From: Eledone cirrhosa
Lineage: Eukaryota
Reading direction: 5' to 3'
Length of the DNA: 64,000 nucleotides
NCBI GenBank assembly: GCA_964016885.1
Contig: OZ024763.1
Coordinates: 19,654,001-19,718,000, forward strand
A model generated the notes under the pieces. It saw only the letters and a program-made list of their open reading frames with translations, was not told the origin of the DNA and searched no databases. A program made the translations under genes and the position numbers. This document shows, one piece after another, positions 1 to 12,179 of this stretch. Position 1 is the stretch's first letter. Every line of letters begins with the position of its first letter.

Positions 1-344
1 TAAAACTTTCTCTATACACTACTCACATATACACACACATTTCTATGAGAATGTTAGATATGTAGAATAAAAACACTTCTCTCTGATCTCACAAAGCCTA
101 TTGTACCGGCACCATAACTACACTCCAACTATTTTTATACTGACTCTTGAAGCCACTGATTTGCTGTTATTTTTTTAAATGTTTTTTTTTTAAAGGACTC
201 TTATTCAGTTTTTTGTGAAGATAACACCTTCAACATTCTCCCCTCCCATACACCTCCCTTTGCGGTAACCATCCCTCCTCTATTATCTCCTTCCACAATT
301 TTTCAAAGCCGCCTCCTCACTCCCTAGTTCGAAGAAAAAACGTG

Positions 345-790
345 CCCAGTCCACACTAATGTGGTCGTGTAGGTGTCACAACAAAAATTACCCAGTCCAC
401 ACTGTAAAGTGGTCATGTAGGTGTCACGACAAAAATTGCCCAGTCCACACTAATGTGGTTGTGTAGGTGAAAAGACAAATTGCCCAGTCCTCACTGTAAA
501 CTGGTCGTGTAGGTGACACAACAAAAAGCACCCAGTCCACTCTGTAAAGTGGTTGTGTAGGAGTCGCGACAAAAATTACCCAGTCCACACTGTAATGTGG
601 TCGTATAGGTGTCACAACAAAAGGGACCCAGCACATACTGTAAATGTGGTTGGCATTAGGAAGGCCATCCAGCTGTAGAAACCAAGCCTAATCTGTCCTG
701 GGTGAGCTGAACATGATCCACTGACCTGTTCTCTCCCTAAGGGTCAACCCATCCTACCCAAGCTAGTGTGGAAGATGGACGTATGATGAT
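345..790 (+). mobile_element. RTE-LINE 3' UTR fragment with ~6 tandem ~47-48 bp units and short (GAT)n tail
   Basis: Units cccagtccacactgtaaagtggtcatgtaggtgtcacgacaaaa followed by ttaggaaggccatccagctgtagaaa...gtggaagatggacgtatgatgat; the same 3' UTR follows RTE ORF ends at 22415-23283 and 29358-30753. Confidence 0.75.
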
Positions 791-1454
791 TGTCTAAAGA
801 TTTGGGAGATTTCTCGAAATCTTGAATTTTCTTCAGTATTCTTGCAATCTTATGTTATTGTAAATGATATGAGTAAAGAACTGTCAACCAATGTGAAGTA
901 TTGATATGCAGAAATGAACTCTGATGATGCCAACCTTGAACAATTTAAAATCTTGAGTTTTTTTTAACGGTAATTCTATGACCCTGGGAGGAAGTTTAGG
1001 TCGGCAGAAACACATCAGTTTGACAATGCCTTAAATCTTCAGTGATTTTAGAATTAGTAAATATATATACAGTGTACCCACTGGCATTGGCGGTCGTAAT
1101 TATTCGTGGAATTTTCCTTAGAACCTAACTAATAATTATTAGCTGGATCGTAAATATCTTCCGTGATTTTTTAATGACCTTTTTCATAGCAATATATATT
1201 TTTTCACGCTTTTTAACACTAAATTATTAATAATATACTATAATTTACGTTGTTTTGACGTTTATAGGGATTTTTATGGACCACATCCAATATTCGTAGT
1301 TTTTAACTCTTCGCAGGTGCTCGAAGAAAGTAACCCCAGTGAATACCAGAGAACAACAGTATATAATCGTTTTTCTGTGCACATGGCTTGGATGAATCCT
1401 TTTCAACACAGGATCTCCATTTGTCACATTCCGTTGTCTGTCTATACCAATGTG

Positions 1455-2035
1455 GTCTTCTCTCTTGCACATCACTTCAGATTCCTCTTAAACCCAGTTT
1501 CTCTCTCAGTTTATCCAAGCTCTGCTTTTCTCTCACATTTACATTGCATATCCAGTGAGGTATGGTAGCTTCATTTCTCTCCATTCTACACATGTACCAA
1601 CCGCAGTCTTCTCTCTTGTACACCACTTCGGATTCCTCTTAACCCTTTAGCATTTAAACCGGTTGTATCTGGCCAGAATTCTCTCACCACTTTCAGTTCA
1701 AACCGGCTGTGACCGACCAATCATACTGATGTTAAGGTATTGTTCTCAAAATAAATAACATCAAAATCTCATAGTTTTGATACTATGTGAGATATTATGT
1801 AGGATAAAGCCTTTACCATGAAAATACAATAGTAAATATTGAGTAATGTAAATGCTGAAGGGTTAAACCCAGTTTCTCTCTCAGTTCATCCAAGCTCTGC
1901 TTTTCTCTCACATTTACATTGCATATCCAGTGAAACATGGTAGCTTCATTTCTCTCTATCCTACACATGTACCAACTACAGTCTTCTCTCTTACTCCCTA
2001 CTTCAGATTCCCCTTAAACCCAAATTCTCTCTCTT
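1455..2035. repeat. 151-bp tandem duplication (two full units plus a partial third), second unit interrupted by a MITE
   Basis: gtcttctctctt...gattcc(t/c)cttaaaccc recurs at 1455, 1606 and 1981. Confidence 0.85.
1643..1862. mobile_element. piggyBac-like MITE (~220 bp), TTAA target-site duplication
   Basis: TTAA|ccctttagcattta...taaatgctgaaggg|TTAA; the empty site is visible in the upstream repeat unit (ctcttaaacccag at ~1486-1498). Confidence 0.9.
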
Positions 2036-2087
2036 AGACTCATCAGACTTACTGAGGAGTCATGGATCAGACTTACTGATCAGAGTC

Positions 2088-2322
2088 ATGGATCTTTGAG
2101 TATGATCTGGAGACCAAGTACCAGAGCCATCAAAAGGGCCATGATGACAGAGTTGCAGAGAATCCCAGGAGAATGCTTTCAGGAATGCATGGGGGGCATG
2201 ATGGAGAAGGATGGGAAAGTGCATTAGATTTGAGGGGGATTATTTGGAAAGGGAAAACTTGTAGTTTGGCTTTGAAATATCTCTTTGCAACCTCACCCTT
2301 GTTTCAATTCTGACACACATTG
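2088..2322 (+). mobile_element. Internally deleted mariner transposase remnant
   Basis: Translates to WIFEYDLETKYQS... and IKRAMMTELQRIPGECFQEC...GKCIRFEGDYLE, typical mariner segments. Confidence 0.7.
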
Positions 2323-2458
2323 TATGTGTGTGTGTAAAGGGCTTGTGTATAGTGTGTGTCTGCCAAATTCCACTTACAAGGTATTAGTCAACACTGCCCC
2401 AAGGTTATAGTAGAAGACGCTATGTAAAAATTTCATTTTAAGAAAATATATATATATC

Positions 2459-2630
2459 ATGTTTAATATAGAAATGTCTTCTACAGGACTAGAACTGTTT
2501 CATTCAAAAAAAATCATCAGAGCTTTCCTGATGATTTTTTTTAATGAAACATTTCTATATTAAACATGTTTACACTCTACTAATGTATTGAGTACCTTAC
2601 TGTGGGTAACTCTGATTGTACTCGGGACTC
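2459..2630. mobile_element. Penelope-type pLTR fragment with fold-back inversion at a hammerhead core
   Basis: Same family as 55780-55910; tttcatt...tcatcag and ctgatga...gaaac face each other across ~2523. Confidence 0.6.
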
Positions 2631-2702
2631 TCTCACACACACAAGCCTATATATATATATATATAACTTTTTTTTTTTATATATATATACAGTATATAGT
2701 AA

Positions 2703-3315
2703 ACTAGCTGAATTGCCTGGGTTACTGCTGTTCTCATTCAGATTAGTAAACAATAAATATGGAGATATTTTTTTTCTCATAATTATTTCAAAATATCTAT
2801 ATTTTATTCTTTTTAAATATCAAAATTGTAATGATAATAGAATTTAGAAATGAAAATCTGTCAATCTTGAAACACCTTAGGGTAAACAATATTCAGTCAT
2901 TTTTTGTTGGTGTCCAAATGAATGAATTGTTGCTTACACTCATACACATATACTAAGACAGACACACACTCACGCACGCCTGTCTGTCATCACATATGTA
3001 TCTGTCTGTGTAGATGTGTGTGTGTTTAATTCTCTGAGGCCTAACGTATGTAACAAACTCGCAAACACACATACACACTCATATACAAAGTGACGTTATC
3101 GTGGTCGTGGTTTACTATAGTTCACTATAGAAATAATATTTTATCTAAAATAACCTATCTTTTTAATCCAAATGAAAATAAAAATTACATGTTGACACTC
3201 ACGGGTCTAATACTTTGACACTCCCGGGGTCTAATACCTTGTAAAATTTGATTTGATTTGGTCCAGCCGTTTGAGAATGCATAGGAACAGAGAGACAAAG
3301 AATTTTATATAGAGT
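2703..3315 (+). mobile_element. Possible non-autonomous Helitron-like element
   Basis: 5' actagctgaattgcctggg and 3' aaatttgatttgatttggtccagccgtttgaga...gaacagagagaca...ttttatatag resemble termini of non-autonomous Helitron-type elements; recognised from memory. Confidence 0.4.
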
Positions 3316-3379
3316 GATGAGTGAGCAACATGGATTGGCTATACAATAGGGTTTAACTTATATATATATATATATGAGA

Positions 3380-3655
3380 GAGAGAGGTGAAGCTGGAAAT
3401 AGCACTGAAAATATATTTTAGGGTCTGTTTCCCCCCCCCCCCCCCCTTCTTTGATTCGTCAAAGTGACATGATTGAAAATAAGTGAGAGGCAATTCTTTT
3501 TTAAAGAGTTTTATATGCATTATAAAACTTTTTTTTTAAAGAATTGTCCCTCTCATTTTTTCAATCATGTCACTTTGACGAATCAAAGAAAGGGAAAAAA
3601 AGAAAAACAGACCCTAAAATATATTTCCTGTGTTATTTCCTACTTCACCTTTTCT
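3380..3655. repeat. Long imperfect palindrome (~135-bp arms), centre ~3519
   Basis: aaatatattttagggtctgttt...ttctttgattcgtcaaagtgacatgattgaaaa is reverse-complementary to ttttcaatcatgtcactttgacgaatcaaagaa...aaacagaccctaaaatatattt. Confidence 0.9.
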
Positions 3656-3661
3656 CTATAA

Positions 3662-4911
3662 CAGTGGTTGGACAAAATAATGGAAACACCTTAAAATTTC
3701 AAACAGATTTATTTTAATATGGGGTAGGACCGCCTTTGGCAGTAATTACAGCTTGAATTCTACGAGGTATGGACTCGTACAAAGTTTGAATTGTTTCCAA
3801 AGGAATTGTTGTCCATTCTTCAGCTAAAACAGTCTCCAGTTCTTGTAGTGATGATGGTGGAGGATATTGACTCCTTACTTGTTTTTCTAAAATGCACCTT
3901 AAATGTTCAATAATATTAAAGATCTGGGGACTGTGGTGGCCAGATAAGATGTTCAACTTCACTAGAATGTTCCTCATGCCATTCAGTAACAACTTTAGTT
4001 GTGTGAATTGGTGCATTATCATTCTGAAAGATTGCGTTTCCCTCCGGAAACAGTTCTGCAACCATAGGATGAATTTGATCAGATAAAATGTTTAAATAGT
4101 CTTGACTATTAATTCTGCCATGAAGGGAAACCATTAGACCGGCGGATTTCCAAGATATAGCCCCCCCCCCCCCCCCGATCATCACAGATCCTCCTCCATG
4201 TTTAACAGTTGGAAGAAGGCAGTCTGGGTCAAATGCTACTTTTGGCTGTCTCCACACGTATACTCGGCTGGTGGTCGGAAATAAGGTAAAGGATGACTCG
4301 TCCGAGAAAATAACATTCTTCCACTGCTCTAGGGACCAATTCTGTAGGTTTTAACTCCACTCTAAACGCTTTGAAACGTTTGTTTTTGAAAGTAGTGGTT
4401 TTCAGATTGCAGCCCTCCCATGAAATCCGGCTTTGTGCAGCTCCCGGCGAACAGTTTTTGTGGAAACTGGGTTCTCGAAGTGGTCATTAAGCTCTGCAGT
4501 AATTTTGGGAGCTGTACTTTTGTGACAATTCGCGTAAGAGTCCGACGGTCCCTATCTGAAAGTTTTGGTTTTCTTCCGGAGTTTTGTTTCGACGAGGAGG
4601 TTTTTCTCTCTTTCTCAAAGGCTGCCATTACTTTCGAGACAGTACTTCTTGATACACCAAACATTTCGGCTGTTTTCATTACGCTAGCGCCTGCCATACG
4701 AGCACCAACAATTTGACCTCTTTGAAAGTCCGATAGATCTGTCATTTTAATGAATTTTAATTTCCCTTTTCTGATGATATCTGAAAAGAAACAGCTTAAG
4801 CAACACTAATAATAAATTAAAAAAAACATAAAAATAAACAAGCTTTTGACGGTTTTATATATATTTCAAAATTATGATGCTAGGTGTTTCCATTATTTTG
4901 TCCAACACCTG
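3662..4911 (-). mobile_element. Full-length Tc1 (DD34E-type) DNA transposon, defective
   Basis: ~30-bp TIRs cagtggttggacaaaataatggaaacacc / ggtgtttccattattttgtccaacacctg (2 mismatches); TA at the right end. Confidence 0.95.
3714..4745 (-). pseudogene. Tc1 transposase, frameshifted
   Basis: ORF pieces MTDLSDFQRGQIVGAR (paired-like HTH), TVKHGGGSVM, FQNDNAPIH, WPPQSPDL, IIEHL, RRIQAVITAKGGPTPY spread over several frames. Confidence 0.93.
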
Positions 4912-4945
<34 letters not shown>

Positions 4946-5411
4946 CTGTTAAGCTCTGAGGAAATATGTTAGTGGATAGGAGGGAAGATGAGGTAGGTGG
5001 GAAGCTGGGTACGAATCTAATTATGTTATACAATGTCTTACCTTTGACAGAGGTGGCGGTGGTTGACAGGAGGAGAGTGGGAGGGAGAGAAAAGATAGGA
5101 AAGGGCGGAAAATAATGAGTGAAAGGAAGGGGAAGGTGTTTACGAGGTGTTTGAAAAAGAGAGGGGAAAAGGGGCAGTAGATTGAGTGGGGAGGGTGTAC
5201 TTGAAGGAGAGAGAGAGAAGGAGGGGAAGTGTACGTGAAGGTGTTTGAGAGAAAGAAAAGGAGGAAGAAACAGGATAGATAGATAGAGAAAGAGAGGCAG
5301 ACATAGAGAAACGAACGCGGTATGGAGAGAGAACGAGAACAGAAGACGAAACGGAAGAGAAAGAAGTGACAGAATTAATGGCTAAATGGATGAATATTTA
5401 AATGACATTAA

Positions 5412-5424
5412 GTTACCTAGCAAC
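5412..5424. promoter_or_regulatory. RFX X-box-like motif
   Basis: GTTACCTAGCAAC matches the X-box consensus GTTNCC(N)0-3RGYAAC; lies in unique sequence upstream of the coiled-coil gene. Confidence 0.55.
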
Positions 5425-5426
5425 GG

Positions 5427-5442
5427 TCAACAGGTGGCGCTA
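5427..5442 (+). promoter_or_regulatory. CTCF-like motif
   Basis: tcaacAGGTGGCGCta is close to the CCASYAGRKGGCRS consensus. Confidence 0.4.
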
Positions 5443-5459
5443 GTCTCCCTCCACCAAAA

Positions 5460-5935
5460 AACATCTTTTGTCGGTGTATCCTTCCAGGAAGACCCGGGAG
5501 TATTTTTGGCAAGCTGCTGCTATATTTTGTAGGTGTGCCTTTAGTGGAAAGACTCTGGGGTATTTTTGGCCAGTTTTTTGCAATATTTTGTAGAGGTGTC
5601 TTTTGAGGGAAAACCTGGGGGTATTTTGGGCCAGTTGCTGCTATATTTTGTAGGTGTGTCCTTTGTGGGGAGACTCGGAGGTCTTCTAGGCTAGTTTCTG
5701 TTATATTTTGTAGGTCTGCCTTTTGTAGAGAGACCCGGAGGTCCTCATGACCAATTGCTGGTATATTTTGTAGGTGTATCTTTTTGTGGGGAGACCCGGA
5801 GGTCTTCTAGACTAGTTTCTGTTATATTTTGTAGGTGTGCCTTTTGTGGGGTGACTCGGAGGTCCTCACGGCCAGTTTCTACTATATTTTGTAAGTGTAT
5901 CTTTTTGTGGGGGAGACCCGGGGGTCTTCTGGGTT
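5460..5935. repeat. ~60-bp minisatellite, ~8 diverged copies
   Basis: tatattttgtaggtgtg...ggggagac(t/c)cggaggtc recurs every ~60 bp. Confidence 0.85.
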
Positions 5936-6339
5936 TGTTCGTTAGTTTCTTTTTCTTTTGAGCTTAGTTTTTGTTTGATTTTTTTTAGTGACCGAAAGAG
6001 GAATTTGTATGAACTTGGCCGGAGACCATGCTTGGTTTGTGGAGTATAAACAGTAATAGTAGCTGTAATAATAGTAGTAATAATAACAGTAGTAGTTGTA
6101 GTAGCGGTGGTGGTGTTATTGTTGTTAGGGTATGTGTAGAGGGTGTTGATTAGTGTCCGGTCCGAAATTTGAGGGTAGCAACAGAAGCAACAACAATAAC
6201 AACAACGGCAATAAAAACAGCAGCGTCAAAAACAACAAAAGCAGTAACAACAATAACATCATAATCATTATCATCACAAACAGTTTTGCTGGGATTAAAC
6301 ACAAACTTATCTCAAACCAAAAAAAAAGGGAAAAAATAT

Positions 6340-7074
6340 ATACACAAGTATATACATTTACATAGGTATTACATGTATATATAAACATATATATTGCATG
6401 TATATATAAATACATGTGTATATACATACATTCATATTATATATAAACCTATACTTATATTACATATGTATATACATTTACATTCATTTTACATGTATCA
6501 CACACACATATATTACATGTATTTATACACACATTACTTGTATATATATATACACACAATTTATAATATACACATATATATATATATATATTACATATAT
6601 ATATATTACATATAACATATATATTACAAACACATATATAGAGACAGACCAAAGAACTTTCGGAGGGTCTCCTATTGGATTTGGGTATTTTTATTTTAAT
6701 TAATCTAATAATTTTGTATTAACTTTCTTCATTAAACACACACCTTGTCGGACAATATACTTTGCGGCATAGAGTTACGCCCCTTTACGTTCTGAGTTCA
6801 AGTCTCGCCGAGGTTAGCTTTGTCTCTCATCCTCCTTTAACTTTCTTCTTCTCTCTCCGACCCCGTCGCTATATCTTTCTATCTATTTATCTAACTTTTG
6901 TGTGTGTGTGTATATATCATTTAAATATATATATATATATATATTTCCATACATACATACCTATCTATCTAATCTATCTATATTTGGTGTGTATATACAC
7001 ACACACACACACACCTATCTATCTATATTTGGTGTACATATATACATACACACATACTTCTCTATCTATATTTG

Positions 7075-7144
<70 letters not shown>

Positions 7145-7204
7145 CTATCTATCTATATTTGGTGTACATATATACATACACACATACTTCTCTATCTATA
7201 TTTG

Positions 7205-7245
<41 letters not shown>

Positions 7246-7314
7246 TCTATCTATCTATATTTGGGGTGTGTGTGTATATATATAGAGAGAGACACACATA
7301 TCTATCTATATTTG

Positions 7315-7368
<54 letters not shown>

Positions 7369-7370
7369 CC
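6340..7370. repeat. (TA)n/(CA)n compound microsatellite including repeated ctatctatatttggtgt blocks
   Basis: Direct inspection. Confidence 0.85.
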
Positions 7371-7904
7371 CTATCGTTACTTCGCTCACTTGAATTGTAA
7401 ATACCTTGATTCTTTTTTCACCTGTAGTAACACGCTCCCTCTCTCCTCCCCCTCTATTTACCTGTAGTAACACGCTTTCTGTACCTTGTTCCACCCCCAC
7501 TCCCTTGTGCTACCCCCACCCTCTCTCACTTCCTTGTGCTTGTATCCTTCCCCTCCCCCTCTCTCTCACACTCCCTGTGCTTATTTGATTCCCCCCTCTC
7601 TCTCTGTCACACTCTCCCCCTGCTTGTCTCCTTCCCCTCTCTCTCACTCTCCCTCTGCCTTTCTGCTTCCCCCTCTCTCTCTCACTCTCCCTCTGCTCAG
7701 CTCCTTCCCCTCTGCCTCTCTGCTTGGCTCATTTCTCTCTCTCGGGCCTGACCCCCCCTCTCTCTCTCTCATCTGTCCCCCACCCCCGGTCTATTCTGTT
7801 GGCCAGTTCCACATTGGTCAGTTCTCCGTCCAAAGAACACAATTGTCCGAATTGGACTGGACTGGACAGACTTTGCGATAGATTTCTTCATCTTGACCTC
7901 TGAA

Positions 7905-9050
7905 AGGGAAACCAACACCAATAACAACACCCACACCAACACACCAACACAACAACACACCGCCACACCGCCATACCACCACACCACCACACCAACAAAA
8001 CGCCACACCGCCATACCAACACAACGCCACACCGCCATACCAACACACCACCATACCAACACAACAACACACCGCCACACCGCCATACCACCACACCACC
8101 ATACCAACACACCGCCATACCACCACACCACCATACCAACACACCACCATACCAACACACCACCACACCAACACACCACCACACCAACAACACACCAACA
8201 CACCACCACACCAACACACCATCATACCAACACACCAACATACCACCACACCACCACACCACCACTACAACACACCAACACACCAACACTACACCACACC
8301 AACATACCATCACAACAACACACCACCACTACAACACACTGCCACACCAACACACCGCCACACCACCATACCAACACACCACCATACCAACACCAATAAC
8401 AACAGCAACAACACCCACAACCACTACCACCAACACACCAACATCAATAACCACTACCACACCAACACACCACCACATCAACACACCAACACCAATAACA
8501 ACAACCACCACCACTACATCACAACACCAACACACCACCACCAATAACAACAGCAACAACACCCACAACCACCACACCACCAACACACCAACACACCAAC
8601 ATTCACTACCAATAACAACAACAACATCCACTACTACCACCACACCAACACCAATAACAGCAACAACACCCACAACCACTACTACCACCACCACATTACC
8701 AATAACAACAACATTCACCACCACCACCACAACAACACCAATAACAACATCCACCACCATCACACCAACAACACCACCACCACCACTAACATCACCACAC
8801 CAACACACCACCACCAATAACAACAACATCCACCACCACCACCACACCACCACCGCCACCACGAATAACAACACCAACAACATACACACCATCATCACCA
8901 CCACACCAACAACATTACAAACACTGTCACTGACTCAACCATCATCATCATCACCGCCAATAACAATATCACCATCACCAACTACACCACCACCATCACT
9001 AAGAACAACAACATCATCACCACCAACAATAACAACAACAGTAGAAGTAT
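7905..9050. repeat. (CCA/CAA/ACA)n low-complexity tract
   Basis: Direct inspection; source of the T/H/P-rich spurious ORFs. Confidence 0.85.
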
Positions 9051-9057
9051 CAGCACC

Positions 9058-9102
9058 ATGCCTGATAGTGTACCTCCAGTGGATAAACCCTCAAACCCTC
9101 AG
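9058..9102 (+). CDS. Tentative first coding exon of the CCDC30-like gene (MPDSVPPVDKPSNPQ)
   Basis: cACCATG start, 15 codons, strong donor CAG|GTATGT; phase 0 matches the exon at 26288. Confidence 0.45.
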
Positions 9103-9142
9103 GTATGTCTATTTATCGTTTACCAGTTGATAAATCGTTTAC

Positions 9143-10675
9143 CATTTACATTACTCTATATATACTATTGTATTTTCACAGTAAAGGCTTTACTTCACAT
9201 AATATCTCACATAACATTTACATTACTCTATATATACTATTGTATTTTCACAGTAAAGGCTTTACCTCACATAATATCTCACATAACATTTACATTACTC
9301 TATATATACTATTGTATTTTCACAGTAAAGGCTTTACCTCACATAATATCTCACATAACATTTACATTACTCTATATATACTATTGTATTTTCACAGTAA
9401 AGACTTTACCTCACATAATATCTCACATAACCTTTACATTACTCTATATATACTATTGTATTTTCACAGTAAAGGCTTTACCTCACATAATATCTCACAT
9501 AACATTTACATTACTCTATATATACTATTGTATTTTCACAGTAAAGGCTTTACCTCACATAATATCTCACCTAACATTTACATTACTCTATATATACTAT
9601 TGTATTTTCACAGTAAAGGCTTTACCTCACATAATACCTCACATAACATTTACATTACTCTATATATACTATTGTATTTTCACAGTAAAGGCTTTACCTC
9701 ACATAATATCTCACATAACATTTACATTACTCTATATATACTATTGTATTTCCACAGTAAAGACCTTACCTCACATAATATCTCACATAACATTTACATT
9801 ACTCTATATATACTATTATATTTTCACAGTAAAGACCTTACCTCACATAATATCTCACATAACATTTACATTACTCTATATATACTATTGTATTTTCACA
9901 GTAAAGGCTTTACCTCACATAATATCTCGCATAACATTTACATTACTCTATATATACTATTGTATTTCCACAGTAAAGACCTTACCTCACATAATATCTC
10001 ACATAACATTTACATTACTCTATATATACTATTATATTTTCACAGTAAAGACTTTACCTCACATAATATCTCACATAACATTTACATTACTCTATATATA
10101 CTATTATATTTTCACAGTAAAGGCTTTACCTCACATAATATCTCACATAACATTTACATTACTCTATATATACTATTATATTTTCACAGTAAAGGCTTTA
10201 CCTCACATAATATCTCACATAACATTTACATTACTCTATATATACTATTATATTTTCACAGTAAAGGCTTTACCTCACATAATATCTCACATAACATTTA
10301 CATTACTCTATATATACTAGTGTATTTTCACAGTAAAGGCGTTACCTCACATAACATTTACATTACTCTATATATACTAGTGTATTTTCACAGTAAAGGC
10401 GTTACCTCACATAACATTTACATTACTCTATATATACTAGTGTATTGTCACAGTAAATACTTTACCTCACTCTATATATACTATTATATTTTCACAGTAA
10501 AGGCTTTACCTCACATAATATCTCACATAACATTTACATTACTCTATATATACTATTGTATTTTCACAGTAAAGGCTTTACCTCACATAATATCTCGCAT
10601 AACATTTACATTACTCTATATATACTATTATATTTTCACAGTAAAGACCTTACCTCACATAACATTTACATTAAT
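9143..10675. repeat. 72-bp tandem array (~21 copies) derived from the subterminal sequence of the piggyBac-like MITE
   Basis: Unit acatttacattactctatatatactattgtattttcacagtaaaggctttacctcacataatatctcacata matches the MITE end at 15029-15100 and 59019-59090. Confidence 0.95.
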
Positions 10676-10764
10676 CTATATATATATATATATAAATATA
10701 AATATATAAACGGAAAAAAATGAAACGAAATTTCATTTCCCACTCTTAGTACGGCCGTTACTTA

Positions 10765-11290
10765 AATATAAGTATGTACACGTACATACATATATGTATA
10801 CAGACGTACAGTAGTATGTATATATATATACATACATACATGCACACACATATATATATGTACGTATGGATTCACCGAACATTTAATATAATGCTCGGTG
10901 TGTTTGTAAACAAACATCCCGTATTAAGCCGTAGTTTTCGGTGCACCCGGCCGATTAACCCACTCAATATTGGGCTACTCAGCCGTTAATATGCATAAGG
11001 TAAGTATATACGTTCAACAATCTGGCAGGAAGGTATACGTTGCTGACGATAGCTAATAAGCTTGAAACTAGTACAGCGTTCCTTTGTCAGTGTTGAACAA
11101 ACGAGCAACGATGGTTGCTGGACACTACGGCTTAATACGGGACGTTTGTTTACAAACACACCGAGCATTAACATAAATGTTCGGTGAATCCATACGTACA
11201 TATATATATATGTGTGCATGTATGTATATATATATACATACTACTGTACGTCTGTATACATATATGTATGTACGTGTACATACTTATATA
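10765..11290. repeat. Inverted repeat (~168-bp arms, ~190-bp spacer) enclosing a hammerhead motif
   Basis: 10767-10935 is reverse-complementary to 11124-11290. Confidence 0.9.
11037..11079 (+). ncRNA. Type I hammerhead ribozyme motif (minimal, Penelope-type)
   Basis: acgttg CTGACGA t-agct-aata-agct-t GAA ACTAGT A cagcgt: 6-bp stem I, palindromic stem III ACTAGT, GUA cleavage triplet. Confidence 0.8.
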
Positions 11291-11510
11291 TATATATATA
11301 TAAAAAAAAAAATGTTTCCATTATTTATATATATATATATGTACTATTGTATCATCATCAACATCACCTTTTTATGTCCATTCTTCCACACTAGCATGGG
11401 TTAGATGAGGTGTAGTGGGAAAACAGGCAGGCTAGCAAAAAAACAGACTTCATATGCGTACGTTGCACAAGAGCAGTAAGCAAAGACCCTCAGGGAACAA
11501 ACTCCTTTAA

Positions 11511-11917
11511 CCCTTTAGCATTTAAACCGACCGTATCCAGCCCGAATTGTTTCACCTCTTTCTATTTAAACCTGCCATAACTGGCCACTCATATTGACAT
11601 TCAGGTATTGTTCTCAAAATAAATAATTGTTTCTACTTTTGGCACAAGGCCAGCAATTATCCAGTGCATTACTGGTACTTTATTTTATCGACCCCGTAAG
11701 GATGAAAGGCAAAGTTAACCTCGGCGGGATTTGAACTCAAACCATAAAGGGGCGTAACTCTTTGCTGCAAAGCATAGCGTCAGACCCTCTACCGATACTG
11801 CCAATCCACCGTTCTCAAAATAAATAATATCAAAATCTCAGATTCGATATTATGTGAGATAAAGACTTTACCATGAAAATATAATAGTACATGTAGAGTA
11901 ATGTGAATACTAAAGGG
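11511..11917. mobile_element. piggyBac-like MITE with nested SINE, inserted in an RTE ORF fragment
   Basis: TTAA at 11507-11510 and 11918-11921; ccctttagcattta / atactaaaggg ends. Confidence 0.88.
11625..11812 (-). mobile_element. tRNA-derived SINE family A
   Basis: B-box gagttcaaatcc, central gcctttcatccttacggggtcgataaaataaagtaccag, tail agtagaaacaatt; near-identical copies at 18202, 32143 and 61600. Confidence 0.85.
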
Positions 11918-12179
11918 TTAAATGCACAGAGGAACCCCCATGGAAACATTTGACAGCTTCTGCTATCTGGGTAACCAAATCAGCAGTGGTGGTGGATGCA
12001 CAGAAAGTACAGTTGCCAGAAAAAGAAGAGGATGGAAAATGTTAAGGGAGCTACTGATGTTGCTAGGTACAGAATGTCTCGCTCAAGATAAGAGAAGCTG
12101 TATGATGCCTACATGTGCACAGCAATACTACATGGAAGTGAAACATGCTCTGATGGATGTGTAACAGTAGTGGGCATGG

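Larger units (their letters stand above)
11410..12150 (+). mobile_element. Degenerate RTE ORF fragment split by the MITE
   Basis: DSFCYLGNQISSGGGCTES...LHGSET is homologous to the 29582-30061 RTE ORF. Confidence 0.75.

Noticed and set aside
915-960. ctgatga near 921 (and 4771) as hammerheads
   Set aside because: No proper GAAA/stem III/NUH arrangement
9105-10709. 420/534-aa repetitive ORFs
   Set aside because: 72-bp MITE-derived tandem repeat; only the first 15 codons of the 9058 ORF look exonic
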